Shown: positions 22,297 through 32,140 of the stretch, piece after piece | Numbering within the stretch: the first letter of the stretch is position 1 | How the letters are laid out: each line of letters starts with the position of its first letter | Source of the DNA: an uncultured Planctomycetaceae bacterium | GTDB taxonomy: Bacteria; Planctomycetota; Planctomycetia; Planctomycetales; Planctomycetaceae | Direction of reading: 5' to 3' | NCBI GenBank assembly: GCA_963815195.1 | Contig: CAWFGE010000013.1 | Coordinates: 960,001-1,024,000 of the forward strand | DNA length: 64,000 bases | Made by a program: the position numbers and the translations under genes | Notes under the pieces: generated by a model | The model's database searches: none | Seen by the model: only the letters and a program-made list of their open reading frames with translations | What the model was told of the DNA's origin: nothing

Positions 22297-22370
22297 CGGA
22301 AGGCCTTATGGCTTTCCCTAACGGAATCGCTTTCCCTGACGGAACCGCTGGATTATTCGGAGAGACACGC

Positions 22371-23429
22371 ATGATGAAGCACTTCCGGGGTTATGGCCGA
22401 CATGGGCTCGCCGCGTGGGCCCTTCTTTCCACGCTGCTGGTGTGTTGGGTTTTCGTTTCCAGCGCCTCCGCCGAGGAGCGGCTGAACGCCTCCAATTACA
22501 AAAGCGGCCAGTCCACGAGGCGGGCATTTCGCGAGGTCACGAGCGATGCCAGCAAAGCGATTGTGAAAGTCTTCCAAAAAGACAAGCCGGTGGCTTTTGG
22601 CGCGATCATGACCGCGGACGGGGAAATCCTTACCAAAGCCAGCGAACTCCAGGGGGAGATTCGCTGCGAAATGTTGGACGGCCGAAACTTTCCCGCCGAG
22701 ATCATCGCCGCCGACCGCGAATCGGATGTGGCCCTGATTAAAGTCTCCGCCGCCAATCTGCCGGTGGTCGAATGGGATCACGGCCCGCGTCCCGAAGTCG
22801 GGCAATGGTTTGTGACGCCGGGACTCAAGGAACTGCCGATTTCGGTGGGCATCGTGAGCGTGGCGGATCATACGATTCCGCCGGAGCGGGGCGTTTTGGG
22901 CATTTCCGTCGCGGAAGAAGAGGACGGCCCGCGGATCACGAAAATCTTTCCGAACAGCGGTGCCGCGAAAGCCGGGCTCAAAGTCGGCGACATCGTGACC
23001 CGCGTCGCCGACCGCGTCGTAAGGTCCAGCCGATCCCTGTCGGCGAACATCGGCCGGCATCGGCCTGGCGATTCGCTGAAACTCCTGGTGCTCCGCGACA
23101 AAGAGGAAATGGAAGTCGAAGCCACCTTGGGTTACCCCGTCGGCGATATGACCAACCTCATCAATCGGGGGAACTTCCAAAACCGCTTGGGCGGCAAACT
23201 CAGCACCCGCCGCGCGGGGTTCACCTCCATCATCCAACACGATTCCGTTCTCGCCCCGGATGAATGCGGCGGCCCGGTCTGCGGTCTTTCGGGAAAAGCC
23301 CTGGGGCTCAACATCGCCCGCGGCGGACGCACCGAATCCTACGCCCTTCCCGCCAAGACGGTCCTCGAAATCTACCACGACCTCAAATCGGAGCACCTCG
23401 CATCGCAAAAAGCGGTAAACGAGCATTGA
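22371..23429 (+). CDS. S1C-like protein with degenerate catalytic triad and internal PDZ
   Basis: LTKASEL (His absent), DVALIKV, PDZ (AAKAGLKVGDIV), then IQHD...DECGGP (Ser replaced by Cys). Confidence 0.85.
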   Translation: MMKHFRGYGRHGLAAWALLSTLLVCWVFVSSASAEERLNASNYKSGQSTRRAFREVTSDASKAIVKVFQKDKPVAFGAIMTADGEILTKASELQGEIRCEMLDGRNFPAEIIAADRESDVALIKVSAANLPVVEWDHGPRPEVGQWFVTPGLKELPISVGIVSVADHTIPPERGVLGISVAEEEDGPRITKIFPNSGAAKAGLKVGDIVTRVADRVVRSSRSLSANIGRHRPGDSLKLLVLRDKEEMEVEATLGYPVGDMTNLINRGNFQNRLGGKLSTRRAGFTSIIQHDSVLAPDECGGPVCGLSGKALGLNIARGGRTESYALPAKTVLEIYHDLKSEHLASQKAVNEH

Positions 23430-23657
23430 GCACGAGTTTTCCAACGCTCCGCATCCGCCAGAACCTCGACCACAAGACTTTCCCTCCGGAACAGGTTGTC
23501 CCGCTTGACTTCACCTGTTCACGTGGGAGAATACGGTGAGGGGCGGTGTCCCGGCCGGAAACTCCCCGTTACGAACCTCAGGAATCTCACGACGCCAATC
23601 GTTGGCGAACCGGAATCGACAGCAAGGAGTTCCGCCTCCTTTCGTATCGGCTCAGGC

Positions 23658-24194
23658 ATGCACGCACAACTCATTCCGCTCACCGGCGGAAAACCCATCG
23701 ACATTGTGAACGACATCACGCTGGTCGGACGCAAGCGCGGGCTCTGCGATTTGATTATCGATCGCGGCAGCGTCTCGAAGCTGCATTGCCTGATCGTCAA
23801 GACCGACGGGCTGTTGTTCATCCGCGACCTGGGCAGCACCAACGGCACCAAAGTCAACGGGCAGCGCGTGACCCGCGGGGCACTGCTTCCCAACGATGAG
23901 CTCGCCTTTGCCGGGGCGAAATTCCGCGTGCATCTCGGCCCGGGCGAACCGCAACCCGGCAACTACGAGCACACGGAAATGATTTCCTCCTCCGAGGGCG
24001 AAGCCTTTCGCGAGTACCAGGCCGGCGGTCTCCCCGTGGCTGAGTTCTCCGATGACGATGGGGACGACAATATCCACTTCTTCGAACCGGACGAGGACGA
24101 GGACAGCTTCGACCCGGAGGACGAGGACAGCTTCGACCCGGAGGAAGACAGCCAAAGCGACGTCCGCCTGCTCTCGGACGATTCGTTGGATTAG
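23658..24194 (+). CDS. FHA-domain protein with acidic tail
   Basis: VGR...SVSKLH...DLGSTNGTKVNG FHA motifs; 24-bp tandem repeat encoding EDEDSFDP twice at 24093-24140. Confidence 0.9.
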   Translation: MHAQLIPLTGGKPIDIVNDITLVGRKRGLCDLIIDRGSVSKLHCLIVKTDGLLFIRDLGSTNGTKVNGQRVTRGALLPNDELAFAGAKFRVHLGPGEPQPGNYEHTEMISSSEGEAFREYQAGGLPVAEFSDDDGDDNIHFFEPDEDEDSFDPEDEDSFDPEEDSQSDVRLLSDDSLD

Positions 24195-24216
24195 CCGCTG
24201 GCGCTAGCCCCGGTTT
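24190..24216. repeat. REP-like unit (GGGCTAGCGCC family)
   Basis: attagccgctggcgctagccccggttt, reverse complement of the 18809 unit. Confidence 0.8.
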
Positions 24217-24345
24217 TGGGGGGGCGAACCTGACGCGAACGCGTCGAGGCGACAATTTATCAGCTGGCAGGCGATAGCGTCCGGGGATCGCAATCAACCG
24301 GCGGCTAATCAATGCGGCAGTTCTTCGTGGAGTGATCCTGCCGCG

Positions 24346-26091
24346 TCAGGCTTCCGAGCGGATCCGGAGTCCGCGCGGGACGAGCCAACGCTCGGAAAGC
24401 TCGAACAGCCCTTGCACCAATAGCGCCATTGCCGCCGCCGGGATCGCGCCTTCCAAGAGCAGCGGCGTGCTGTCTTTGCGGATGCCGGCGAAGATCGGCG
24501 TGCCGTAGCCGCCCGCTCCGATCAATCCCCCCAAGGTCGCCGTGCCGACGTTGATCACCGCCGCGATTTTGATGCCCGCCAGGATCGACCGCGACGCGAG
24601 CGGCAACTCGATCTGCCACAGCCTCGCCGACGCCGGCAGTCCCAACGCCATCGCCGATTCGTGGATCCCCGGAGGAATGGACTGGAGGCCCGTGTACGTG
24701 TTCCGCACGATGGGCAGCAGGCTGTAAAGAAACAGCGCGCAGATCGCCGGCTCATGCCCCAACCCGAACACGGGGATCAGAATCACGAACAGCGCGAGCG
24801 AGGGGATGGTTTGCAGAATGCTCGTCACCGCGAGCACGCCTTGCCCCGCGACGGGATATTTGGCCGCCCAGATCCCCAAGGGAATCGCCAGGATCACCGC
24901 CGCCCCCACGGAGATGCCCACGAGCATCAAATGCTCCCACGTATATCGCCAGAAGCGGTCCCAGCGGGAACGGACTTCCGTGTCCGTTTCGGTGTCGAAC
25001 TCCGCCGCCAGAAAATCCGCGGCGACCTTCTGGACGGGAACCTTTTCGATCTTCTCCTGTTCATTGAGCGGGATGATCGTCTCATCGTCGATGCGATGCT
25101 CGACCTGCAAAATCGCCTCGACCGCCTTGGGGGCGCGGTCTTTCAAATCGGCCCGGTATAACACGACGGCGTGATAGTCCGGAAAGAAGTCCCGGTCGTC
25201 CTTGAGCACCTTGAGATCGTAATACGGGATTTCCGCATCGGTGGAGTACAGGTCGATGACATCAATCGCGCCGCTTTCCAGTCCCCGGTACGCCAAATCG
25301 TGCTGGAGGGCGCTGATGTCGGTCTGCGGCAAGCCGTAGGCTTTCTTGAGAGCCGGCCAACCGTCGGCCCGTTCGGTGAATTCGTTGCTGAATCCCAAGC
25401 GAAGCTGCGGGTAGCGCTTGAGATCGGAGATCGTTTGAATTCCCCGCCATTGGGAACCGGTCAATCGTTCGCCTTGTTTCGCGCCAAACGTCAGCCACAC
25501 CCCGCCCGCCAAGAGCGCGGCCGAGAGAACGCCGGCAACGGCCACACCCGTCCCGCGCGATTTTCCATTTCCGATCGGGTGGCTCTTGCCGACTTTCGCA
25601 AGAACAGCCGCACCGCCGCCGGTGAGAAGTCCCAGCACGACGAGCAGCCAACCCAGCATCGGCTGCTCGCCTTCGCGTCGCGGCTTTTCGCGGAGCATTC
25701 CGAGGGCGTATGTGTTGTTGAGCCCCAACGGCTCGCTCTTTTCGATGTGAAACTCCTCGCGGAGCAGTCGTTTAAGCGACTCGTCATTGGCGAGGTTCCG
25801 CTTGGAAAAGGTTTCCTGATGCAGCGTGCCGGTGTATTCGACGTAGGCGTCGATGTCCCCCCGCAACAGGGCGTTCCACAACACGGGCGTCCCGCCGAGG
25901 TCTTGCCGATGCTCGGCGGCGATGCCCTTGCTGCGAATCAACTGCGTGAGAATCTCGCCTAAGACCACGTTTTCCGTGAAGTTCTTGGAACCGACGCGGA
26001 TCGTCGGCTCGTCCGCGCGGACGCGATGCAACCGCGGACCGGCGAGAGCCAGCAGCAAGGCCAGAACCGTGATGTGCCGAAGTCCGCTCAC
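24346..26091 (-). CDS. Fused osmoprotectant (glycine betaine/QAT) ABC substrate-binding + permease protein
   Basis: VGSKNFTE, YVEYTGT, NNTYAL, DLYSTD, FFPDY; C-terminal permease with QTIPSLAL, ESAMALG (EAA loop), IGAGGYG. Confidence 0.92.
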   Translation of the reverse strand: MSGLRHITVLALLLALAGPRLHRVRADEPTIRVGSKNFTENVVLGEILTQLIRSKGIAAEHRQDLGGTPVLWNALLRGDIDAYVEYTGTLHQETFSKRNLANDESLKRLLREEFHIEKSEPLGLNNTYALGMLREKPRREGEQPMLGWLLVVLGLLTGGGAAVLAKVGKSHPIGNGKSRGTGVAVAGVLSAALLAGGVWLTFGAKQGERLTGSQWRGIQTISDLKRYPQLRLGFSNEFTERADGWPALKKAYGLPQTDISALQHDLAYRGLESGAIDVIDLYSTDAEIPYYDLKVLKDDRDFFPDYHAVVLYRADLKDRAPKAVEAILQVEHRIDDETIIPLNEQEKIEKVPVQKVAADFLAAEFDTETDTEVRSRWDRFWRYTWEHLMLVGISVGAAVILAIPLGIWAAKYPVAGQGVLAVTSILQTIPSLALFVILIPVFGLGHEPAICALFLYSLLPIVRNTYTGLQSIPPGIHESAMALGLPASARLWQIELPLASRSILAGIKIAAVINVGTATLGGLIGAGGYGTPIFAGIRKDSTPLLLEGAIPAAAMALLVQGLFELSERWLVPRGLRIRSEA

Positions 26092-26840
26092 GCGGTTTCC
26101 TCCGCGGCGAATTCATGAACGCTTCTTTGGGCGCGGATGAACTGCTCGACGAACGCATCGGCGGGCGTGTGCATCAACTGCTCGATCGTGCCGCGCTGAA
26201 CGACCCGGCCCGCTTTGAGCAGGAGAATCTCATCGCTGAAAAACGCGGCTTCGTGCAGGTCGTGCGTGACGAGCACGACCGTCTTCCCGACCGCCTGAAA
26301 AATGCCTTTCAAATCGCTCTGGAGTTCCGCGCGGATCAAGGGATCGAGCGCCCCCAACGGTTCATCCAGAAACAGGATTTCGGGATCGAGCATGAGCGCC
26401 CGCATCAGGCTCAACCGCTGCCTCTGCCCGCCGGAAAGCTGGGCGGGATACCGCTGCATCGCGTCGGCGGGAAGATGCACCAGCTCGCGGAGCTCGCCCA
26501 AGCGATCTTCGATCCGGCTGAGGTTCCACTGGAGATATTTCGCCATCAAGGAGACGTTTTCCCGGGCCGTGAGATGCGGAAACAGGCCGCCGTCTTGAAT
26601 CACGTAGCCCATCCGCTGCCTGAGTTCCAAGACCCGCGGCCCGTTGACATCTTCCTCATCGAACCGCACGCGGCCGCCGTCGGGACGAATCAATCCCATC
26701 ATCAACCGCAAGAGCGTCGATTTGCCGCACCCGCTCGGGCCGATCAACACATAAGTCCGCCCCTCGGCGACGGTCAAATCGAGCGGATAAACGACGGTTT
26801 CGCCGTTGTATCGTTTTGTAACGCTTGCCAGCTCCAACAT
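26088..26840 (-). CDS. Osmoprotectant ABC transporter ATP-binding protein
   Basis: GPSGCGKST, LSGGQRQR, LDEPLGALD, VTHD; overlaps the next gene by 4 nt. Confidence 0.95.
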   Translation of the reverse strand: MLELASVTKRYNGETVVYPLDLTVAEGRTYVLIGPSGCGKSTLLRLMMGLIRPDGGRVRFDEEDVNGPRVLELRQRMGYVIQDGGLFPHLTARENVSLMAKYLQWNLSRIEDRLGELRELVHLPADAMQRYPAQLSGGQRQRLSLMRALMLDPEILFLDEPLGALDPLIRAELQSDLKGIFQAVGKTVVLVTHDLHEAAFFSDEILLLKAGRVVQRGTIEQLMHTPADAFVEQFIRAQRSVHEFAAEETA

Positions 26841-26907
26841 GTTAGTTTCATGGTATAGACTGGGCCGCCCGTTGTGAAGGCGTGCGGAGAACTGCGGGAA
26901 CAGGAGG

Positions 26908-27495
26908 CTATTCCTGGCCGGTGTCGCCCGCGGGTTTGCCGACGGTCAACCACGGGCGGAGTTTTTCGAGGGTTTTGGGACCGATGCCTTTGATGTTGTC
27001 GAGATCGTCGATGCTCTGAAACGGTCCGTGCTCTTCGCGGTAGCGGACGATGCGGTTGGCAAGGGTTCCGCCGATGCCGGGAAGTTGCAGCCATTCCACG
27101 TAGCCGGCCTCGTTGATGTCGATGCGATAATCATAAACCCGCTCCGGCAGGCGATCGATTTCCACTTCCGAAGTCGCCCACCCGCTGAGCTGCCCCCAAT
27201 GCCAGATCGAAAGCGCGAGGCAAACCGCGGCAAGCACAAACAGCGCGAAGCAATCCCGGAACCGAAGTCCCAGGATTGAATCGAGGGCCGGATCGGGCCC
27301 GGCGGGGCTTGGGCAAATCTCTTCGAGCGTCGAGGCCACGGGATGGCTTTCCGCGTCGCCGTCGGCCGTAAACGTCGGCGCGGAGGTAACGTCGGTCACG
27401 GTGGTCACGAAGGACGCCGTGGCCTCGTTCGAGAAAGTGGAGGAGTGGTCCTCGGAAGCCGCCATCAAACCGCCCGGTCCCATTGCAATGCGCAC
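26908..27495 (-). CDS. comEA: ComEA-like helix-hairpin-helix DNA-binding membrane protein (start uncertain)
   Basis: IDINEA, LPGIGGTLANRIV, GPFQSIDDLDNIKGIGPKTLEKL; TM helix upstream. Confidence 0.85.
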   Translation of the reverse strand: MRIAMGPGGLMAASEDHSSTFSNEATASFVTTVTDVTSAPTFTADGDAESHPVASTLEEICPSPAGPDPALDSILGLRFRDCFALFVLAAVCLALSIWHWGQLSGWATSEVEIDRLPERVYDYRIDINEAGYVEWLQLPGIGGTLANRIVRYREEHGPFQSIDDLDNIKGIGPKTLEKLRPWLTVGKPAGDTGQE

Positions 27496-27551
27496 GAAGC
27501 TCTTGGAAAACCAGCGTACCGCAGCGGGAAGCGGGATTTCAAGCGCGCATG

Positions 27552-27590
27552 AAAAGTCCCGGGCCGTCCTATCTTTCAGGACGGCCCGGG
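27552..27590 (-). terminator. Hairpin terminator downstream of the PASTA-domain gene
   Basis: cccgggccgtcct-N7-aggacggcccggg, followed on the minus strand by acttttc. Confidence 0.65.
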
Positions 27591-27655
27591 GCAGAGAGTA
27601 CGCTCAGGTTTTTGAAAGCGGATGTCCCGCGGCTTTCCCGTTGTGCGAGGGCGCC

Positions 27656-29008
27656 TTATTTCGGTTTGTTATAAACCGTCAACGTCACTTCGCCGCCGGG
27701 TTGGAGCGGCTGGCCTTGGTTGGGCGTTTGGTTATAAACGATATACAACATATCCTCCGAGGGCGGTACCAGGCCGGGGAGGTATTTGACTTTGTAGCCC
27801 GCTTGCTCCAGGATTTTGCCGGCGTCTTTCCAGACCAACCCCAACACGACCGGCACCTGGCCCGGTTGCGGCGGCTGAGTGGGTTGGTTGATGTTATACA
27901 CCGTCAACACGACTTCCTGGCCCGGCGGCACGGGCGACTGGCCTGCCGGGATTTGGTCGCACACCACTCCGACCAACTTGGGATTGTCCGCGGCTTTGCC
28001 CGTGTAGAGTTTCACCTTGTAACCCAGTTGTTGCAGCCGGGTTTGGGCATCTTTCCAGGGCAGGTTGACCACCGAAGGCAGGCCCGGCTTCGCGGCCAGT
28101 TCTTTTTCGTTCGGGAAGCTGTGGACTTTGAAGGTGTAGCCTTTCTTCTTCAAGTCCGGGTTGAAGGGATCTTTTTCCGCTCCGAACACTGTGCTTATAA
28201 GGCCGGGCTTGTCGGGATTCACCTTCATATTGCCGAAGATATAAGTCGTTTCCGTGTTGCCCGTGGGATCGATCAGCCGCACGGCGAATGGCAAGTACTG
28301 CTCGGTGTCGAGAATAACCTCGGCCTTTTTCCAATTCGCCGCATCCGCCCGCAACAGCGGCCAGACGTCCAATTGAACGTAACGGGGGGCAGTAAATCTT
28401 GGATTCGGATCTTTGGAAAAAGCCATCTTGTAGCGGCGTTTCGCTTTGTCCGGGGGCATGCCGAACAGAAACGGCAGCGGCCCGTCCATGATGTTCTGCC
28501 CCTGATGCTCCTGGGGAATGGAAACGACCTCGACCTGCTTGGCATCGTCGTTGACCTGCCAGATTTGCTCGCCATTGCAGATCCAGCGTTCCGGCCGATC
28601 CTGTTTGAGCGTGTAAACAAATTTCTTCTTCGTATCGGGATCGATATGTTCGTGTTTCGATCCCGGCTCCACTTTCACCGGCTGGATGTCGATCCGCCCT
28701 TTCGAGGGAGCCTCGTAATAAAACATGCCGACGGAGCGTTTTTCCGTCATAAAGACTTTGTCGTAAACAAAACGCTGGTGGGTGCCGTGGAGGCTCGTGA
28801 ACTTGGCCGATTCGATCGACCAGATATTGAGCAGCCGTTCGAGCGCCGGCGGGAGGTTTTGAACCTGAAGTTCGGCACCGCCTTGGGGCCGGGGCTGCCG
28901 GGCCGGGGGAGTTCGCGGAGGCGACTGGGCGAAGGTTTCGGACGAAAATCCGCCTGCGAACATGCTCCACAGACAAAAAACAATGGAAAATGTGAGCATC
29001 CTGCTCAT
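27656..29008 (-). CDS. TIGR03009-like (LolA-fold) exported protein with two C-terminal PASTA domains
   Basis: LLNIW, YEAPSKGRIDI, ERWICNGEQIW, GPLPFLFGM; two PASTA repeats (P.VV.L.WKDA...L.Q.GYKV...Q.P...PG.EV.LTVY). Confidence 0.75.
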   Translation of the reverse strand: MSRMLTFSIVFCLWSMFAGGFSSETFAQSPPRTPPARQPRPQGGAELQVQNLPPALERLLNIWSIESAKFTSLHGTHQRFVYDKVFMTEKRSVGMFYYEAPSKGRIDIQPVKVEPGSKHEHIDPDTKKKFVYTLKQDRPERWICNGEQIWQVNDDAKQVEVVSIPQEHQGQNIMDGPLPFLFGMPPDKAKRRYKMAFSKDPNPRFTAPRYVQLDVWPLLRADAANWKKAEVILDTEQYLPFAVRLIDPTGNTETTYIFGNMKVNPDKPGLISTVFGAEKDPFNPDLKKKGYTFKVHSFPNEKELAAKPGLPSVVNLPWKDAQTRLQQLGYKVKLYTGKAADNPKLVGVVCDQIPAGQSPVPPGQEVVLTVYNINQPTQPPQPGQVPVVLGLVWKDAGKILEQAGYKVKYLPGLVPPSEDMLYIVYNQTPNQGQPLQPGGEVTLTVYNKPK

Positions 29009-29573
29009 AGGGGTCACGATCCTTGTTTTTCTTGGCCCGAGACAAATGCAAACCGTCATCCGCCAAAACCGGCGGCCGGCCGCGATCCCGTGACACACTG
29101 GGCATCGGCAATGGACCAGGGAGAGATCCTTCGGTCACCCGAGAAGTCGGGGGCGGATGATAACGATCCCCGCCCCCCGCCGCTAGGCCGATTTTTGCCG
29201 GACCTCTGTATGAATGGGCAGAATCACGGGCGGTTTTTTAAGCGGGTTGGGAGGTCTGCACAAGAAAAACTGCACCGGGGCGATCTTCGTCGGCTGAATC
29301 CCGAAGCTTTGCCGCGGCAGTTTGAACAGCGGCTCTCTGGAACGGCTCGGCGATTGGGCTTACGTTCACAAGTGATGCATGCCGATTTTCTTCAAGAACT
29401 CCAGGCAAAGACTGAGCATGCGTTGCGGTTCCCTGTTTTTGATTCCGCCGCTAAACTGATTTTGACGGCGAATTGAATCCATCAATGCCTCCTTCCGAAC
29501 CGGAATGCGTGGCGGCGGCCGAATTCGGATGTCCCCTCTCCGATTTTCCTCCCTGACCGTTTGACCTCCCACA

Positions 29574-30623
29574 ATGCACTCGACGCAAGACATTAACATC
29601 CGAGGAACCACGCCCCTGACGGCGCCCCGGCAACTCAAACTCGAACAACCCGCGAGCGACGCCTGTTACGAAATGGTCACCCGCGCCCGCGAAGAAGTCA
29701 AGCGTATCCTTGCCGGCGAGGATTCCCGCTTGATCGCGGTGGTCGGGCCGTGCTCGATTCATCACCGCGAGTCCGCTTTGGAATACGCCCGTCGGCTGAA
29801 AGTCGTCGCGGACGATGTGGCCGACCGGATGCTCCTCATCATGCGGGTGTATTTTGAAAAACCCCGCACGACGGTCGGCTGGAAGGGGCTGATCAACGAT
29901 CCCCATCTGAACGACACCTTCGACATCGCCGCGGGACTGCGAATGGCGCGGGGGATTTTGGTGGAAGTGGCCGAGTTGGGGCTGCCCGCGGCCACGGAAA
30001 TGCTCGAACCGATCACGCCGCAATATATTGCCGACCTCATCACGCTGGCTTCGATCGGGGCGCGGACGACCGAATCGCCGACGCATCGGCAGATGGCGAG
30101 CGGGCTGTCCATGCCCGTCGGTTACAAAAACGGGACCGACGGCGATTTGGACGTGGCGATCAACGCGATGCAGGCGGCCCGCAATTCGCACAGCTTTTTG
30201 GGAATCGACGCCGAGGGCAAAACCTGCATGGTGCAGACCAAGGGCAATCCCTGGGGGCATTTGATTTTGCGGGGCGGGCGGTCCGGACCGAATTACGATC
30301 CCGATTCGCTCAAAGATGCCGCGGAGCGGTTGACGAAAGCCGGCCTCTCGCCGCGGTTTCTCGTCGATTGCAGCCACGCGAATTCCAACAAGGACTTCGC
30401 GCAGCAATCCGCGGTCTGGAACAATGTGCTCGACCAGCGCTTCGCCGGGAACGAGACGGTGATCGGGATGATGCTCGAAAGCAACCTGCGGCCCGGCAGC
30501 CAGAAACTCGCCGCCGACCCCGCGGCTCTCGAATACGGCGTGTCCATCACCGACGGCTGCATCGGCTGGGAGGAAACGGAAGACTTGATCCGCGATGCCC
30601 ACGAAAAACTCAGCCGCCGGTGA
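29574..30623 (+). CDS. aroG: 3-deoxy-7-phosphoheptulonate (DAHP) synthase, class I-alpha (AroF/G/H)
   Basis: VVGPCSIH, MRVYFEKPRTTVGWKGLINDP, IGARTTES, DCSHANS, SITDGC. Confidence 0.95.
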   Translation: MHSTQDINIRGTTPLTAPRQLKLEQPASDACYEMVTRAREEVKRILAGEDSRLIAVVGPCSIHHRESALEYARRLKVVADDVADRMLLIMRVYFEKPRTTVGWKGLINDPHLNDTFDIAAGLRMARGILVEVAELGLPAATEMLEPITPQYIADLITLASIGARTTESPTHRQMASGLSMPVGYKNGTDGDLDVAINAMQAARNSHSFLGIDAEGKTCMVQTKGNPWGHLILRGGRSGPNYDPDSLKDAAERLTKAGLSPRFLVDCSHANSNKDFAQQSAVWNNVLDQRFAGNETVIGMMLESNLRPGSQKLAADPAALEYGVSITDGCIGWEETEDLIRDAHEKLSRR

Positions 30624-30639
30624 AGCGGATCGTCATTCG

Positions 30640-31008
30640 CCCAAAGCGCGAGCGAGGGATTTTTCCCGTCACTTGGCTTCCCTCGCTGGCGCTTCGGGGT
30701 AGTGTTCCGTCAGAGCTTTGTTTTCAAGAGCCGCGCACGAAGTAAGCGGTTTTCAGGGACTCAGACAACGCAAGACCGCTTACTTCGTGCGCGGCTCAGG
30801 CATTTTTGGAAGTACTCAAATTTGAAACAGTTGAATTTACGAACGGTCGAAAAGCTGCGCAAAGACAAATCGTCGTCAACGCCAAATTTTTAACGGCCCT
30901 GCGCTAGCCCCGGTTTTCACCGAGCAAACCGGACGAAGCCCCAAGGAACGTAGCGGCGGCGTCTTGCGGCCGTAGATCGATCCACGGCCGCGGGAAGCCG
31001 CCGCTACG
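30640..31008. repeat. Cluster of four different REP-like palindromic elements between convergent genes
   Basis: IR 30640-30660/30678-30698; perfect 23-bp IR 30728-30750/30775-30797; GGGCTAGCGC unit 30891-30916; GTAG...CTAC hairpin 30950-31007. Confidence 0.85.
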
Positions 31009-31021
31009 GAAAGCTCGCACC

Positions 31022-32140
31022 TCATTCGGCAAGCAGTTTGGCGATCATCTCTTCGACTTCGTGGGCGGATTCCTCGCCGGCCCCCACGCGGATCATGCGG
31101 ACTTTTCCCGCGCGGTCGATCAGCACCGTTTGCGGAATCCCTTGCACCGCATAATGCTTCGACAGCGCACGGCTCGCTTCGCCTTCTTGAGCTTGAATCG
31201 CAAAGGGATGTTTCAGTTCATACTTCTTCGCGAACTGGACGAGCATCTCTTGTTCGGTTTCCGGCTCCACTTTCTCTTTGCCGCGCTCGGCCCGTTTGGC
31301 TTCTTCGTTCCAGGTATAGCCGTAGTAGCTGGTAACGCCGATGATCACCAGGTCTTTGTGCTCTTCATGCCAGCTTCGCAAATGGGGAAAGGTCGCAATG
31401 CACGGCCCGCACCACACGGCCCAAAAGTCCAACAGCACGACTTTGCCTTTGAGGTCCGCAGCGGTGAGCGGTTCCCCGTTGACCCACGCCTCCACGTCCA
31501 GCTTCGCGGCGTCCGTCCCCACCAAGGCGAGATGATCCTTCGCATTCTGAATCGTCCGCTTGTACCGCTCCAGCGACGCCAGCGCATTTTTCATCGCCCC
31601 GATCGTCTTGGTGTTTTCCGTTTTTTCGCCCAGGGATTTTAGAAAGTCTTGCGCTTCGGCCAGTTGCTTCCCGGCTTTTTCCGGGTCTTTGCGGGCGATG
31701 GGGCTGATCGCCAACGTCACCTTGAGCGTGTAATTCCGCAGGGCCGCGGGATCATCGACGTCTTTTTCGAGCGCGGCTTTGACTTCCGCAACCGAGAGCC
31801 GAGACACGGCGATTCGCGACTTCAAGGCGGCCACGGTCGAAGTGGCTCGCAGCACGAGCAACTTGGAGGTTCTGTCTTCGGGCGACAGAGTCTTGACGAA
31901 GGCTTCCAAATCGTCCAGGTCTTTTTCCGCCGCATCGGGATTCGAGGTCGCCAGGGGAATCAGCTTGCGAAACTCGGCGGAGAGATACGTATTGAAGGCC
32001 CGGGGGTCGTCGGGATTGTCCACGACGGCTTGCTTGAGCGGAGGAAACTTGGTCTTTTGAGCCCGGGCCGGTTCCCCTTCCGCGGACGCCCAGGAAACAC
32101 CGCTCACCAAAATCAAACCAGCAGCCAGAAAGCGAAACAT
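31022..32140 (-). CDS. Exported TlpA-family thiol-disulfide oxidoreductase with helical N-terminal extension
   Basis: LKGKVVLLDFWAVWCGPC, GIPQTVLIDRAGKVR; signal peptide. Confidence 0.9.
   Translation of the reverse strand: MFRFLAAGLILVSGVSWASAEGEPARAQKTKFPPLKQAVVDNPDDPRAFNTYLSAEFRKLIPLATSNPDAAEKDLDDLEAFVKTLSPEDRTSKLLVLRATSTVAALKSRIAVSRLSVAEVKAALEKDVDDPAALRNYTLKVTLAISPIARKDPEKAGKQLAEAQDFLKSLGEKTENTKTIGAMKNALASLERYKRTIQNAKDHLALVGTDAAKLDVEAWVNGEPLTAADLKGKVVLLDFWAVWCGPCIATFPHLRSWHEEHKDLVIIGVTSYYGYTWNEEAKRAERGKEKVEPETEQEMLVQFAKKYELKHPFAIQAQEGEASRALSKHYAVQGIPQTVLIDRAGKVRMIRVGAGEESAHEVEEMIAKLLAE

Noticed and set aside
24093..24152. 24-bp tandem repeat as a regulatory or contingency locus
   Set aside because: In-frame duplication (EDEDSFDP) in a low-complexity acidic tail, only about 2.5 copies.
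27401..29476. Long antisense ORFs (691 aa here; also 4882-6333, 11420-12982, 34644-36194)
   Set aside because: Shadow ORFs opposite recognisable genes, expected at high GC; no motifs.
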